Assembly: GCA_965215565.1 (NCBI GenBank)
Contig: CBDCDZ010000004.1
Span: 1,664,001 to 1,728,000, forward strand
From: Trueperaceae bacterium
Lineage (GTDB): Bacteria > Deinococcota > Deinococci > Deinococcales > Trueperaceae
DNA: 64,000 nucleotides
Direction of reading: 5' to 3'
Made by a program: the position numbers and the translations under genes. This document shows positions 30,301-38,664 of this stretch, one piece after another. Below the pieces are notes generated by a model. It had not been told where the DNA came from and did not search any database. It saw only the letters and a list, made by a program, of their open reading frames with translations. The first letter of the stretch is position 1, and every line of letters begins with the position of its first letter.

Positions 30301-30547
30301 CGCGCAAGGTCACACCGCGCCACAAGTTGCCCGCGCTCCGCGCGTACGAGAGGTCGTAGCCTAAGTCAGACACGACGTTCTGGGCTCTCGAGAGCGCCCA
30401 TCCCCTCACGGCGGGCAGTTGCGGCGCGAAGTAGAGCGCGAGCGCAAGCACGAGCAACAAGGCAGGGACGAGCACGCGCTTCTGAACGCGCGCACCTCTT
30501 AGGGCGCTTAGGGCTCCACTGGACTGTTCACGACTCGGTTGCGACAT
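21329..30547 (-). CDS. tamB: Giant translocation/assembly module TamB-like protein (~3070 aa)
   Basis: N-terminal TM anchor, long beta-taco-like repeats, C-terminal DUF490-like region (LSGTAADPALSG, GTVRFSGKDF, LSSD), ends in FTW. Confidence 0.8.
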   Translation of the reverse strand: MSQPSREQSSGALSALRGARVQKRVLVPALLLVLALALYFAPQLPAVRGWALSRAQNVVSDLGYDLSYARSAGNLWRGVTLRGAEVTGPGVNARLERLSLEYNLLGLLAGRLPFSVSVADVSGDIEPQEVRVPQGNGSSGNRPIRPVLRSADVNGVNLNVNDVPYTLPDLNVADLSVNDTEDGLGVATTLTTPQGEAQVDADVAFSPLNIDARLPRVDLAVAKHWFEGVEGGQASGTVTYADGEAKADLALAQGAVTVAGTTITELSGPVNFDGQTVTADLTGRALGGDVQGDAVVDISAQRWQAEVTGDAKLAEAAAWLARGDVPEGAVTGDADVSLSLSGWQQIDLTGQAQGQGEVFGRALEDLDVDFGFETEVGTRVQANGALAGGPFTASVTPLEGGGVGIQAQAEGVNVTEQFRADLRADLQQSEGLSGDARLALSGSAAGRALSLNADAAALADGGWIVDLSGGDDLGAALSGEVALRGEQLTGELRAQGVSLEGTPVQAEPLNATLSADGTLSELPVTLRLGTQNALTPSVAGVELASDLSGAARAVLDGTTLRDLSAQFGPLSANGSFDLADQTGRLEYALDSLDLGGRVQGSLSLQGGVLERNEDALTSQVTVDAADLAAFGVAPFDLNADVSLENAQALTGTVDGVLAFAEDATLDVSGTFRDLLVTGTVPADLLLASDAVALNGDVRLDAQANLLEPSYDVETVWGTAEQSLELNAQGRGGQSEGTLSAEGLRSAFSTRGGFNLEADGFTLSPFLTQPDINATLNGSLGYAGGWNGALNAQVDAPVDAAVELVGAGDALRLDAQTAQGALDASVSGQVLPAPNLEVDASAAERAQLSGTLRGTSLNSASFDGTLQTQAVETPQASVNAQTAQVQASLSGGLSAQLNGENIDLNLNGGTWAGNVDLPFTLRGEAHTLQANLTGETASPQLDGNVRGPLVQGPVSASRQGGQASLNVDAAPFLPTEDAQLNADLSFSQDLSWNADVTGDGTYRGAPIGVQATVSGERQNYGGEGALRLRDGRVPFQVSGAGADVEASTQLEDFDLANVQGLVPGSPTGTASGTAQFSRTDEGLSYGADLNAAGTAQGRPLDVRVRAGDETGVDITGEVAGTRIALDNAASGEANTYDVSLDEGPLTLQAQVRAGERVRVTGDGTFQGEPLSVAGSLEPATLTGDLNATLGDATLSVDATAQQIQGELNAPNGVANVAQPLSADFRATRENGQFALTSLSAALPQRNLALSLAGPAWPNPDLTGSLQTGVLDEPVEIGFRREDGYLLLLEPGELTLLADLSPGFALESLRAEGALEVFGTNLVSDLAWRTGSGFSGEAQAVFAQGEANASVTLAGRGNLEVSGLMGYGGEEVATLQAALSRAPWRDGSVSGSVNVAAPVSDLSAAYPGEPLAFVGDLTLGGTLSQPNLAGPVTLEGALEAAGALRASREGASFILQNDALDVGAQATPQGWTLSLDADALLVQDLLPPLDAPRLTAQLQGAGTWGGAPDIRADTLLLESVRSRVAGELRYDGALYAPLDVSVDLAELGSARGELEGALLIGSADAPAGTPLSGTLAVRNVGLAESPWSLGGDLDLGGTLGAPTLETRLVGTGSAEGGLTARLEPGRYAALTSTLALGALNSDLRLRWRLGELAAEGQVAFADYALALDAADDTILLAGNEKLAGWRGALSTSEAQLTGDLASLSPQLGGALDLAAAWGSEVSVAGTFTGLQAGPLALGDLALSSEGEGDLERLTLQGDILTASVDLTDAVTWQARLELPLPSDSALAAEGGGTLSEGALDAVLSSTLAGDALQVPLAVRYGDDGLRVASQADLLSGTLDLDARYGVTDEVSGWSGRLELSDVTLRGAEADVQATLSGALAEPSLDGTLTLERDANALAGTFALSPGRLALEQRLVSPFLEEPLALTGTALPLKLSLSTSPQNQLTVTRAEGTLAASGALALGAGPASVRLTPSEVAGGWLDLALSAPQTPGLALSGTLPSGPPQVWAGELLRGFTLAGVQDTQGSVTLQAQPTPRAEVSELRWGTALGTLELAGTAVPGDVDLQGTWRGAEDATLEETTFLPWLAEVRALPFELDVADSRAEVSAAGDVGTLDASVDWAARTAALDADLALGTGAATSEADEDASTVQAAGELSAALRYTPETGPTGDIRLLEVPLADAPDLPALTLTTLLTADPRGLRGSGALGVGAGQATVQGQLGWAQFIPQGLRETYLPQANRARVARLRLDGVNVSELPLLQRRVPNLDAPLSGVVRLNGNQVVGQLVSPGLSVAQTTLPTQVELSGTVQNLEARASLGDSQLRVGYDGEGVSGFFDLEQFPLEILAEAATGASTVNASATGAARFDVPLNAPAQSYVQVATERLTLRREGSDQVTRGEVALRYDEGGLIIDRAEFRGGGFWRASGRVTRDVLDLSLQAEDADVTPLLSLAPRLAALGVGAQGSLSLAATGTLGEPQLELTSPNLQLRLAGSTYRLTGTRVTLNDEDLDIVAAAEGVAPIGGSLALRGGGRLSLAPYSLEDFALDFEGNAALPVVGPVRRIAGEVTAGSGDGWRLDSRASLGQPVTLTGSLAPLNLALRGENLNLNAQNFFVASSATDAAFDITRRGENFVISGDAVVESARLTTARNRSGSSDTSEGAGAASSDATPSGANTSQTGTGRTSEAGAPFVPDAEPGAASGDAPAPTPSPTSQLGAFGSSGQSGAGAPFGAGSSASTTAAPNPVLQRILFEDVDILAQSSVLFRAGFGTAELTFDLDLSGTAADPALSGVARTLQGTVRFSGKDFVIEEGTATFEPSQGVFPVLDLVAQATFDKDDALGNLRNTYTFVEPREGRTFGVQLSVDGSFEEVAGRSRPVLDLEPSLSSDAAIQEQGGNAPRPLDEPELVSLLTLGRLQLGTGLAGADSLAGTIAEGAIDTAVDFLVLSELQSALGDALGVGLFEIRTSAVSSLLAGSQEDPFGVSLRVGGYIGDDLFASLEVGRFDDPEGRYALSNEFSLRYDLAPLELLLAGEVNFLNDASAVTEFDFSLGYAVTPLISLEAGLGASGLNQSARARFGVSFTW

Positions 30548-30724
30548 AATTTGATAGTGACCGTTCGCGCTGCGGCGTGAACGGCTTAGACAGGATAACA
30601 CTACCGCTGATTGGGCGGGCGAAAGGGCGCTATCAATAGTGCGTTTTTTCTCTAACCCCAGCGGTTGATGAACATAAATACACGAATCTAACGCTGACCT
30701 CATGCTCTTCTCTGAAAGTTCTTA

Positions 30725-30980
30725 TAGCGGTTCCAAGACATACTGAGATAGATGAGCGCTTTCCGTAGGCTTTCGCCAAAGGCGGGAGACGGAAGTTTTG
30801 GCAACGCTAAAGGCGTCATCACCAAACGTGCGTGCTACGTTTCTGAAAGCTGCTCCGCGGAAGCGAGCAGTCTGAAAGCCCGCAGGGACGCAAGTTTGCT
30901 GCCTAGCAACGCCACTTCGAACAGTGAGAACGTTTCAAACCAGCTCCGAACGTTAGTGAGACAGACTTTGATACCTGCTA
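30725..30980 (-). mobile_element. MITE-like repeat, copy 5
   Basis: TAGCGGTTCCAAGACATACTGAGA...TGATACCTGCTA. Flanking duplication TTA/TTA. Confidence 0.82.
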
Positions 30981-31066
30981 TTAGACGCGAACACCTCTAC
31001 CTCAAGTCTTGCAAAAATTCAAAACCCCATGACAAATGCATGTCTTTCCCGGAGGCTCTTAACATA

Positions 31067-31200
31067 TAGCAGTTCCACGACATACTGAGACAAAGTGCCG
31101 CTTACGAAGTTTTGCCTCCGGCAAGGGTATCATCTCGAAAAGTGTGTGCTAGAGCGTGCTGTTCAAAGTGAGAGTGTCTCAAATCAGATGATACCTGCTA
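31067..31200 (-). mobile_element. MITE-like repeat, copy 6
   Basis: TAGCAGTTCCACGACATACTGAGACA...CAGATGATACCTGCTA. Flanking duplication ATA/ATA. Confidence 0.85.
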
Positions 31201-31481
31201 ATACAAGCAATTAGCTTAGAAGCCCTTGCTCAAGGCTAAGAGCTAATGGCCAACAGCCTGGCATCTGATTTTTACGCAGATACCGAATTAAGTGCAGAGG
31301 GCTGAGCCCAAACTATTCACATTTGACCCAAAGCGCAGCACATGCTTTAGACTGTAGGGGGGTAGAGACTAAGTCACCTAAAGCATACTTAATTTTCACC
31401 GAACCACCATCAAAGACCCTCACTAGAGATCAGTATCAGAGATTGAGGAACGCTCATTCACGAGGGCGTGTTGGAGACGAG

Positions 31482-31757
31482 ATGGCAGACCACATCAGAA
31501 TGACCGTGCTCATCGCGGGCGACGTGCAAGGGGTGGGCTTTCGCGCTTTCACCCGCCGCCACGCGCTGGACTTGGACCTGAACGGCTACGCCGAGAACCT
31601 GGACGATGGGCGCGTCGAAATCGTCGCGGAAGGCGAGCAGAGCGACTTAGAGGCGCTGCTACATCAACTGCGGCGCGGTCCGGCTCACGCCGAGGTCGAA
31701 GGCGTTGACGTCACCTGGGGAGAGGGGGGCAACCTTGAAGGCTTTCACACTTATTGA
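31482..31757 (+). CDS. acyP: Acylphosphatase
   Basis: GDVQGVGFR, GYAENLDDGRVE, GPAHAEV. GGAG RBS. Confidence 0.92.
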   Translation: MADHIRMTVLIAGDVQGVGFRAFTRRHALDLDLNGYAENLDDGRVEIVAEGEQSDLEALLHQLRRGPAHAEVEGVDVTWGEGGNLEGFHTY

Positions 31758-32589
31758 CCTAGAGGTCTTACCGCTGACTTTGGAGCAGATCACGCAAGTC
31801 CCCGGCGTGTTAGGACAGATTGCTTTGGAGCGCGTGCTGGACTATAAAAACGTCGAGACCAAACCTCTTGACCTCTTAAATATTCCGCAGAGACCGAGTT
31901 TCTATGAGGCGCTCCGGGGCGAACAGCTCAGCGTCATCGCAGAGGTCAAACGCGCCTCTCCTTCGCTCGGCGTTATCGCTGACTTAAACCCAGTCGAGGC
32001 GGCTTGCGCCTACTGGCGCGGCGGCGCGGCGGCGCTAAGCATCCTCACCGAGCCGCGTCACTTCGCGGGTTCCTTGGCGCACTTAGAGGCGGTCTCGAGC
32101 GTCGCCCCTCTGCCCCTCTTGCGCAAGGATTTCACGGTGCACCCCGCCCAGCTTTCAGAAGCGAAACGCGCCGGGGCAAGCGCCGTGCTCCTCATCGTCG
32201 CCGTTTTGGGGGAGCACTTGCAGGCGTACCTAGACCTCGCGGAGCGTCTGGAACTAGACGCTTTAGTCGAGGTCCACGCCGAAGCCGAACTAGACCTCGC
32301 CCTTTCAAGTAGCGCCGAGATTATCGGGGTGAACAACAGGGATTTAAGGACGCTCGAGATCGACCTGAACAACGCGCCCAACCTCATCCAGAAAGCGAGG
32401 GGCGAGGGTTTCACAGGTTTGCTCGTCGCCGAGTCGGGCTACAGCACCCCCGAGCAAATTCGCGACTTGCAAGGTGTCGCCGACGCCGTCCTGATCGGCA
32501 GCAGTGTGGCGAGTAGTGGCGACTTAGAAGTGGCGATCAAACGGTTAAACGGCGATACGCCAAATGGTAACGCCCGAGGTAACTCGTGA
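31705..32589 (+). CDS. trpC: Indole-3-glycerol phosphate synthase (true start probably downstream, e.g. TTG 31780)
   Basis: IAEVKRASPS, LSILTEP, LRKDF, LVEVH, GVNNRDL, VAESG. Confidence 0.93.
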   Translation: MTSPGERGATLKAFTLIDLEVLPLTLEQITQVPGVLGQIALERVLDYKNVETKPLDLLNIPQRPSFYEALRGEQLSVIAEVKRASPSLGVIADLNPVEAACAYWRGGAAALSILTEPRHFAGSLAHLEAVSSVAPLPLLRKDFTVHPAQLSEAKRAGASAVLLIVAVLGEHLQAYLDLAERLELDALVEVHAEAELDLALSSSAEIIGVNNRDLRTLEIDLNNAPNLIQKARGEGFTGLLVAESGYSTPEQIRDLQGVADAVLIGSSVASSGDLEVAIKRLNGDTPNGNARGNS

Positions 32590-33314
32590 GCAAGGACACC
32601 AGTAACAACACCGGCAGAAGCATCGTCATTACGGGCGCGAGCAGCGGCATCGGAGAGGCGATCGCCCATTCACTCGCGGACGCTGAAACCACCTTACACC
32701 TCTTAGGGCGGAGCGAAGACCGCTTGCAAGAGGTCGCGCAGGCGGTCAAAAATGCAGGCGGTGACGCGGTGATTCACCAAGTTGATTTAGCCAAGGATGA
32801 CGCGTTGGAAGAGGTGGCGGCGGCGCTCAGCGAAGGCGGGATCGACGTTCTCATTCACAGCGCAGGCGCAGTATCGCTTGCGCCAGTTGCGGAGACCTCC
32901 GCTGAAGATTTGGACCTCCAGTACCGCGTCAACCTGCGTGCGCCCTACCTCTTGACGCAGAAACTCCTCCCTTCACTCCAACGAGCCAAAGGGCAAATCG
33001 TCTTCATCAACTCGGGCGCGGGTCTCAACGCGAAAGCCAACTGGAGCAGCTACGCGGTTTCCAAACACGGCTTAAAAGCCCTCGCCGACTCGCTCCGCGC
33101 GGAGGTCAAGCCGGACGGGGTGCGCGTGGTGAGCATTTATCCGGGGCGCGTGGCGAGCCCGATGCAGGAGCGCGTACACGAATTTGAAGGCAAGGACTAC
33201 GATCCCGAGAAGTTCGTGCAGCCCCGAGACGTAGCGCAGCAGGTCTCGAGCGTGCTGTCGCTCCCCGCGACGGCTGAGGTGACAGACCTCTCGGTGAGAC
33301 CGGCGAAGGGATAA
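32586..33314 (+). CDS. Short-chain dehydrogenase/reductase
   Basis: TGASSGIG, NSGAG, YAVSK. Confidence 0.9.
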   Translation: MSKDTSNNTGRSIVITGASSGIGEAIAHSLADAETTLHLLGRSEDRLQEVAQAVKNAGGDAVIHQVDLAKDDALEEVAAALSEGGIDVLIHSAGAVSLAPVAETSAEDLDLQYRVNLRAPYLLTQKLLPSLQRAKGQIVFINSGAGLNAKANWSSYAVSKHGLKALADSLRAEVKPDGVRVVSIYPGRVASPMQERVHEFEGKDYDPEKFVQPRDVAQQVSSVLSLPATAEVTDLSVRPAKG

Positions 33315-33319
33315 AGGTA

Positions 33320-33401
33320 GAAGTAAGGAGCAAGAATCAGGAAGCAAGAAGGATATATGTTTTTCTATTCTCACTCCTTGCTTCCTGCTTCTTACTTCTT
33401 C
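33320..33401. repeat. Inverted heptamer tandem repeats (STRR-like)
   Basis: AAGTAAG GAGCAAG AATCAGG AAGCAAG ... CTCCTTG CTTCCTG CTTCTTA CTTCTTC. Confidence 0.6.
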
Positions 33402-33404
33402 AGA

Positions 33405-33998
33405 ATGACGCGCCTCTACCACTTCAGCGAAAACCCTGACATAGACCTTTTCGTCCCGCGTCCGGTCCGCGTTCCGATAGAGCGTCCTGCAGGTTTCGAC
33501 TGGCTCAATGGACCTCTCGTGTGGACGATAGACGAGCCCCATCAGGTCATGTACCTCTTTCCCCGTGACTGCCCCCGCATCTTGCTTTGGTCTACGCCGA
33601 ACTCAACCTCTAAAGACATCGAAGGTTGGTGGCGCGGAAGTTCTTACGGAAAACTCGCCTACGTCGAAGAGGCGTGGCTCGAGTCCCTCAAAGCCACCCC
33701 AATCTACCGCTATGAATTGCCTACTGAATCCTTTGAAGACCTCCACGACGCGGGCATGTGGGTTTCTAAAGAGGTCGTGGAACCCCTGCGGATGGATGTG
33801 CTGAGCAGTTTGATGGACGAGCTAGAAGCTCACGACGTTGAACTTCGCGTCGCCCAAAGCCTCGTCCCACTGAAAGAGGTCTGGCGCACCTCTTTACACG
33901 CGAGCGGGATTCGGCTGCGCAACGCTCGAGGGTGGGGAAAGCCTGGCTGGACGCATTCTAAAGAGGGTCGCGTCGTTGAAATTACCGAGCCAGATTGA
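33405..33998 (+). CDS. Conserved hypothetical protein (DUF6886-like)
   Basis: RLYHFSENPDIDLFVPRP, YLFPRDCPRI, DAGMWVS, SGIRLRNA. Family name is from recall. Confidence 0.65.
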   Translation: MTRLYHFSENPDIDLFVPRPVRVPIERPAGFDWLNGPLVWTIDEPHQVMYLFPRDCPRILLWSTPNSTSKDIEGWWRGSSYGKLAYVEEAWLESLKATPIYRYELPTESFEDLHDAGMWVSKEVVEPLRMDVLSSLMDELEAHDVELRVAQSLVPLKEVWRTSLHASGIRLRNARGWGKPGWTHSKEGRVVEITEPD

Positions 33999-35151
33999 GC
34001 GCTCTATACACGCGCCGAAGCTCCCGAACGGCGTAGTCGTGAGAAATGCGCTCTTGCTCGAGCCTCACCTCACCCTTAACTAAGAGGTCAAAAACCCACG
34101 CCTCTTCCAGCGTGAGGTTCGGTAATGCCATCACCTTGCTCGTCGTACCAGCAACTTTGAACCCACCGAACGTCTGCAACGTCACCTCATCCATCATGAG
34201 CGAGACGACGTTGGGGAAATAGCCGCGTAGCTGCGACAGAATCTGAAAGCCGTGCGCGTCGAGGTCGCCCCAGTAGAGGATGGGACATTTCTCGAGCCAA
34301 GTAACAGACGCGAGCGCCTCCACCGCGAAGCCCTTGCCGAAGAGCCCGAAGCTATTGGGTAGCGTAGGTAAGGTTAAGAACGTCATCTCGTTTTCGGTCA
34401 TGACGAAGGGATGACCTGAGAGGTTTAAGGGCGCAAACTGAGAGACGGGCGTGCTGAGGTCGCAAACGGGCAGGACGTAGCGTTCTACAAGCTGTTCATC
34501 CAAAACCTTGAAACGGATGAGCGCTTCTTTGTAACAGAGGTGGAAGCGTTTTTCGAACAGAGTTTCGTGTTCGTCCATAGCGTCCGAGGGGAGGATATGC
34601 CCTAACAACCGACTTAAAATCCCCTTGCTCTCCTCCACAAATTTGCTGTGCACCGCAATCGGCAACTCGCGCATGTAGAGTTTGGGGTGCGGCTGTTCTA
34701 AAAAATAGCGGCATACTTCAAGCAAATCCGTCCATTTATCCAGATGCCTAAGCACCTCTTTCGGATACGCTTCTATCCAACTCAAAAGCTGCGGCACGCG
34801 CTCATGCGTTTCTCGAACCGCGTCCTTGAAACGTCTAAATTCCACCTCTTTGCCGATGAGCTTGAGAAAGTCCGTTTCGTTCTCTATCCAGATGCGAGAC
34901 GGTAAGGATTGCGGTCCGTAGCGCCGCATCGTTCGCGTCTCCGTAGCGACGCTGTAGCCGTAACCCTTCTTTGCTTTCGCGTCCGACAAGAGAGTCTGCA
35001 CGCCCGCTTTAACCGTTATGTAGTCGTCGGACGCTTTGACTTTTGGAAAGGGCAGCTCGAGCGGAAAGAAGTCTTCGCCTGCTAGATGAGCTTCGAGAAA
35101 TCTCACGTAGTGACGCAACGCCTTATCCCGCACCTGCGCTGGTGAAATCAC
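33982..35151 (-). CDS. jetD: Wadjet nuclease JetD (DUF3322 + Toprim DUF2220)
   Basis: LYMRELPIAVHSKFVE, TENEMTFL, YWGDLDAHGF, RLEQERI. Last gene of the jet operon. Confidence 0.9.
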   Translation of the reverse strand: MISPAQVRDKALRHYVRFLEAHLAGEDFFPLELPFPKVKASDDYITVKAGVQTLLSDAKAKKGYGYSVATETRTMRRYGPQSLPSRIWIENETDFLKLIGKEVEFRRFKDAVRETHERVPQLLSWIEAYPKEVLRHLDKWTDLLEVCRYFLEQPHPKLYMRELPIAVHSKFVEESKGILSRLLGHILPSDAMDEHETLFEKRFHLCYKEALIRFKVLDEQLVERYVLPVCDLSTPVSQFAPLNLSGHPFVMTENEMTFLTLPTLPNSFGLFGKGFAVEALASVTWLEKCPILYWGDLDAHGFQILSQLRGYFPNVVSLMMDEVTLQTFGGFKVAGTTSKVMALPNLTLEEAWVFDLLVKGEVRLEQERISHDYAVRELRRVYRALNLAR

Positions 35152-35173
35152 CTTATCGTTACCCTCTCAATAA

Positions 35174-35287
35174 TGTCACCCCGAGCCCTTGACAGGATAG
35201 ACTCCGCGAGGGGTCTCGTCTCGCATTCTCGGTAAGAGAAGAAGGCGAATGGAATGCAGAGACTCTTACGCTTCGCTCAGAGTGACA
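35174..35287. repeat. Dispersed palindromic repeat family C (TGTCA...TGACA), copy 1
   Basis: TGTCACCCCGAGC...GCTCAGAGTGACA ends. Internal CCCTTGACAGGATAGACTCC is shared with 62249-62414. Confidence 0.65.
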
Positions 35288-35322
35288 CAGGTAGGTATTG
35301 AACTGGCAACGCAGCGCCGCCG

Positions 35323-38300
35323 TCACCGTATTATCACTCTCCCCTCACGCGCGTCGCGGAAGATTTGTTTTCTCCGTTCGAATTCGGTTTTGCTCAGGTT
35401 GTAGACCTCGGAGTCGTTCTCCTCGAGGCTGTTCTTGACGAAGTGACAAACCGAGATGTAGGGCTCGACGATGTGGATTTTGTTCTCGGGCGTGACGACT
35501 AAGAGTTGCAGCCCGAGCTTCTTGAAAAGCTCCATCGCGTAGCGGGCGTTGCGCTCGTCGTTGCGGTCAAACGCTTCGTCGATGACGACAAAACGCAACG
35601 ACTTCGAGGTCGTGTGGGCGTGCCCTAACCCAAACTGATAGGCGATAGCGGACGCTAAAATCGTGTAGGCGAGCTTAGCCTTTTGCCCGCCCGACTTGCC
35701 CGACGAGTCCGAGTAGTAGTGGCGCTCCGTGTCGTCGGCGCGGTAGTTTTCGCTAGCGGCGAAGTCGAGCCAGTTGCGCACGTCCGTGACTTTGCGCGTC
35801 CAGCGGTCATCCGTTTCGAAGCGCTCGATGAGGGCGCGAATGTGCCTAAAACTCGCCTCGCTCGCCGCAGGCTGCCCGACGTCCGCGAAGCACGCTCGCA
35901 ACATCGTCTTGAACTCTCTAATTTCAGGGTCGCGGTTATCGCTGTGCTGGAGTTCGATGTAGGTCGTGGGCGTGTAGTCGATGCTCCTGAGCGACTCGTT
36001 AAGCGCCCCAATGCTCTCCTTGATATCGTTCTGCCACCCCTCCAAATCCGCTTGAAAAACGACGATGTGCTCTAAAATCTTGCTGTTCAGAAGGGTTCTG
36101 AACTCGTCCTCAAAGCGCGGCAGGTCGTCGTCTTTGACCTTTTCCAGCATCACGTTGAAATCATCTATAGCTTCCGTGGAGGGGTCCACGTCGACGGTCT
36201 CTTCCGGGTAGGCGCTTTTGTAGCGCTGCATCCGTTTGACAATCCGGCTCGTCAAGTTGCGCTCTTGCCCTTGCATCTCCTCGCGCCGTTCCTGAAGGTG
36301 AGCCGATACATCGTCTTTGCGGGTGGAGAGCGTCTCGAGCGTCAGCGGCGCATTCGCTAGGTACTCGTCTATGCGGGGACCATAGATCTCGAGCACATCC
36401 ACCGACACTTCGGCGAGGCGCATTTCAGCGCGTTTTTGTCTATCTCGAAAATCCTGAATATCGCGCTCGAGCCCGAGTTGATTTCTCTGCGTTTTCTCTT
36501 TATCCGCCTCAAGCCCCTTGACCTCTTGCGCCAACGCTTCCAACTGCTCGCGGAGCTGCTTGAGCCGGTCGGAACTCCGCTCGAGGTCGTCCTTCTGCTC
36601 ACGGAGGTCTTGCAGCGTCTCATCGTCGCGCCGCCAGTCGATGGTGGCAAAGTCGAACTGGAGAAACCTTTGGACTCGTTCTTTTTGTTCCTCCAAATAT
36701 CTACGCCGCGCTCCAACCTCCTCCAACGCGCGGCGGACCTCTAAAAACTGCTCGGTGATGTGTGAGCGCTCCTCCTCTAACGCCGCGATTTTCTCCTCGT
36801 TGCTCCAGCCCAAGATGTAGCGGGTACGGTCATTCAACTTGCGGCGGTCATCCTTTTCAAAGCGCTCGTTGCCCCCTTTGATGAGCCCCGCGAGGGTGAG
36901 CGCCCGTTTTTCGTATCTGACCTCTTCTAAGGTGCAGCAGGTGAAGTCGTAGCTCTTGGCGAGTTCGCGGCGAATCCAACCCTGAAAGCTGCCGGGTTTG
37001 ACCTCGAGTTTGTGAATCAGTTTATCGGCGGGAACTTCTGCGGTAGAGATATCCACCCCTTCACCCTGAACACGGTGGAAGACGATGCGCCCCCCCAGGT
37101 TAGTCTGGTTGACGTAGCGGCTCACCGCCTCGTAGTGCTGCGCCGGGACGAGCAGGCGCAAGCCGAAGGAATGCAAAAGCCGCTCGATGGCTCCTTCCCA
37201 CGCCCGCTCGTCATCTTTGACTTTGAGGCGTTCGCCGATGAAGGGGACCTCGTCTTCGGATAGCTCGAGCGCGTCCAGCATGGTGCGGCGCAGTTCCAAG
37301 TTCCGCTGCGGAATCTGGCTCTCTCGCTGCCGCAGTGAGTCTATCTCTTGCGCCAACGCTTCGCCTTGAGATTTGAGCTTGTTTTCCTCGAGTTTGAGTT
37401 CGTCGCGTTCGTCGCTCGCTTCAGCCAAACGCGCTTGCAACGTTGCCTGCATCTGCTGAACGTGTTGCTTCGTGGTAAGGAACATCTCTTTATTCTCGTA
37501 CGGGCGCACCTCTAATTGACGCGCTAGAACGTTGTAGGTTTCGGCGGTCCATTTTTTGTCAGCAACTTGTTTATGTAACGCCGCAATATCCTTCTCTAAA
37601 AGCGCCAGTTGCTGACCCACCTCATCACTGCCGATGGCGACGCTCACCTGGTTGTGCTCTTCACGCTTCGCGTCCAAACGTTGCGCCACCTCTTCTAGCG
37701 CCTGCGTGACCTCTTCTAACGCCGTTTGGGTCTGTTCAATCTTCGGCGCTAATAACCGCTGCGTTTGCCTCGCAAAATAGGCGGGGACAAGGCGTTCGGT
37801 CTCTCTGAGTTGCGCGGCGCTCTGCATGAGCGTGCGGTAGTGTTGCGCGTCGGTGTGGAGCGGGGTGAGAAGCTCGAGTTGCTTTCTGGCTTTCTGAATC
37901 GCTTCGTAGGAGCGCGTGAGGTCGCCGTAGTGTTGGCGCAGGTCGCCGATACTCGCCTGCACGTCGCCACGCTCTAACATGCGCTCGCGTACAAAAGCGT
38001 TGAGGCTGTCGATATTTTTGATCTTGACGGTCTGGTTAAAGAGGTCGAGCGCCTTTTCGGAGCGCACGCCGAAGGCTTTGCGGAAGCGTTTGCTGTAGGG
38101 CGTGAAGAGGTCGAAAAGCTCGACGTGGGCGGAAGACGCGAGCCGCTTTTTGAGGTCGGGGATGCTGATGAAGTTCGCGAAGTCTTCCGCAACCGTAAGC
38201 TCCCGCTCTGCAATCACAAAAAACTTCTCCACCTTGCGGTTTTGCAGCCACAACACCTGCGCGAGCGTCGTAGTTTGCCCGAGCCCGCCGTTCGAGAACT

Positions 38301-38664
38301 GCGCGAGTAGCACGCTGTAGGAGCCTTCGTCGCGTAAATATTGCGTCTTCGCGCCGTAGCCCTCGTCGCGCCTGACCTTGCCGAACGCACCCTGCACATA
38401 ACTGCGCTCGTCGCGCTCGCGCTTGTTGGAGCCCGAAGCTTGGTTGTAGCTGCGTTTTTGATTGGGGACGAGCAGCGTAAGAAGCGCGTCTACGAGCGTT
38501 GACTTGCCGGAACCGTTCGCGCCCGTCAAGAGTGAGGTTTGGGCCCTGGGCTCGACGCGCCAGACCTTTTGGTTGAACGTGCCCCAATTGAAGACCTCGA
38601 GCCGCGTCAAGCGGAACCCTGCCCGGCTATTGTCCGGTTCGAACTCGAGTCTATTCGCTTGCAT
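35323..38664 (-). CDS. jetC: Wadjet SMC-like ATPase JetC
   Basis: EVFNWGTF, Walker A GANGSGKST, coiled coils, signature SGGQKAKL, Walker B VVIDEAF. Confidence 0.92.
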   Translation of the reverse strand: MQANRLEFEPDNSRAGFRLTRLEVFNWGTFNQKVWRVEPRAQTSLLTGANGSGKSTLVDALLTLLVPNQKRSYNQASGSNKRERDERSYVQGAFGKVRRDEGYGAKTQYLRDEGSYSVLLAQFSNGGLGQTTTLAQVLWLQNRKVEKFFVIAERELTVAEDFANFISIPDLKKRLASSAHVELFDLFTPYSKRFRKAFGVRSEKALDLFNQTVKIKNIDSLNAFVRERMLERGDVQASIGDLRQHYGDLTRSYEAIQKARKQLELLTPLHTDAQHYRTLMQSAAQLRETERLVPAYFARQTQRLLAPKIEQTQTALEEVTQALEEVAQRLDAKREEHNQVSVAIGSDEVGQQLALLEKDIAALHKQVADKKWTAETYNVLARQLEVRPYENKEMFLTTKQHVQQMQATLQARLAEASDERDELKLEENKLKSQGEALAQEIDSLRQRESQIPQRNLELRRTMLDALELSEDEVPFIGERLKVKDDERAWEGAIERLLHSFGLRLLVPAQHYEAVSRYVNQTNLGGRIVFHRVQGEGVDISTAEVPADKLIHKLEVKPGSFQGWIRRELAKSYDFTCCTLEEVRYEKRALTLAGLIKGGNERFEKDDRRKLNDRTRYILGWSNEEKIAALEEERSHITEQFLEVRRALEEVGARRRYLEEQKERVQRFLQFDFATIDWRRDDETLQDLREQKDDLERSSDRLKQLREQLEALAQEVKGLEADKEKTQRNQLGLERDIQDFRDRQKRAEMRLAEVSVDVLEIYGPRIDEYLANAPLTLETLSTRKDDVSAHLQERREEMQGQERNLTSRIVKRMQRYKSAYPEETVDVDPSTEAIDDFNVMLEKVKDDDLPRFEDEFRTLLNSKILEHIVVFQADLEGWQNDIKESIGALNESLRSIDYTPTTYIELQHSDNRDPEIREFKTMLRACFADVGQPAASEASFRHIRALIERFETDDRWTRKVTDVRNWLDFAASENYRADDTERHYYSDSSGKSGGQKAKLAYTILASAIAYQFGLGHAHTTSKSLRFVVIDEAFDRNDERNARYAMELFKKLGLQLLVVTPENKIHIVEPYISVCHFVKNSLEENDSEVYNLSKTEFERRKQIFRDAREGRVIIR

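Noticed and set aside
21684..30359. Many plus-strand ORFs opposite tamB
   Set aside because: Ser/Ala/Pro-rich antisense shadows typical of GC-rich coding DNA, with no recognisable motifs.
30752..31069. 105-aa ORF (and similar ORFs at 12189, 13288, 14785, 44518)
   Set aside because: They run through MITE sequence and have no protein features.
30725..31200. Adjacent repeats as a CRISPR array
   Set aside because: They are two dispersed MITE copies of unequal length, with no constant repeat-spacer period and no cas genes.
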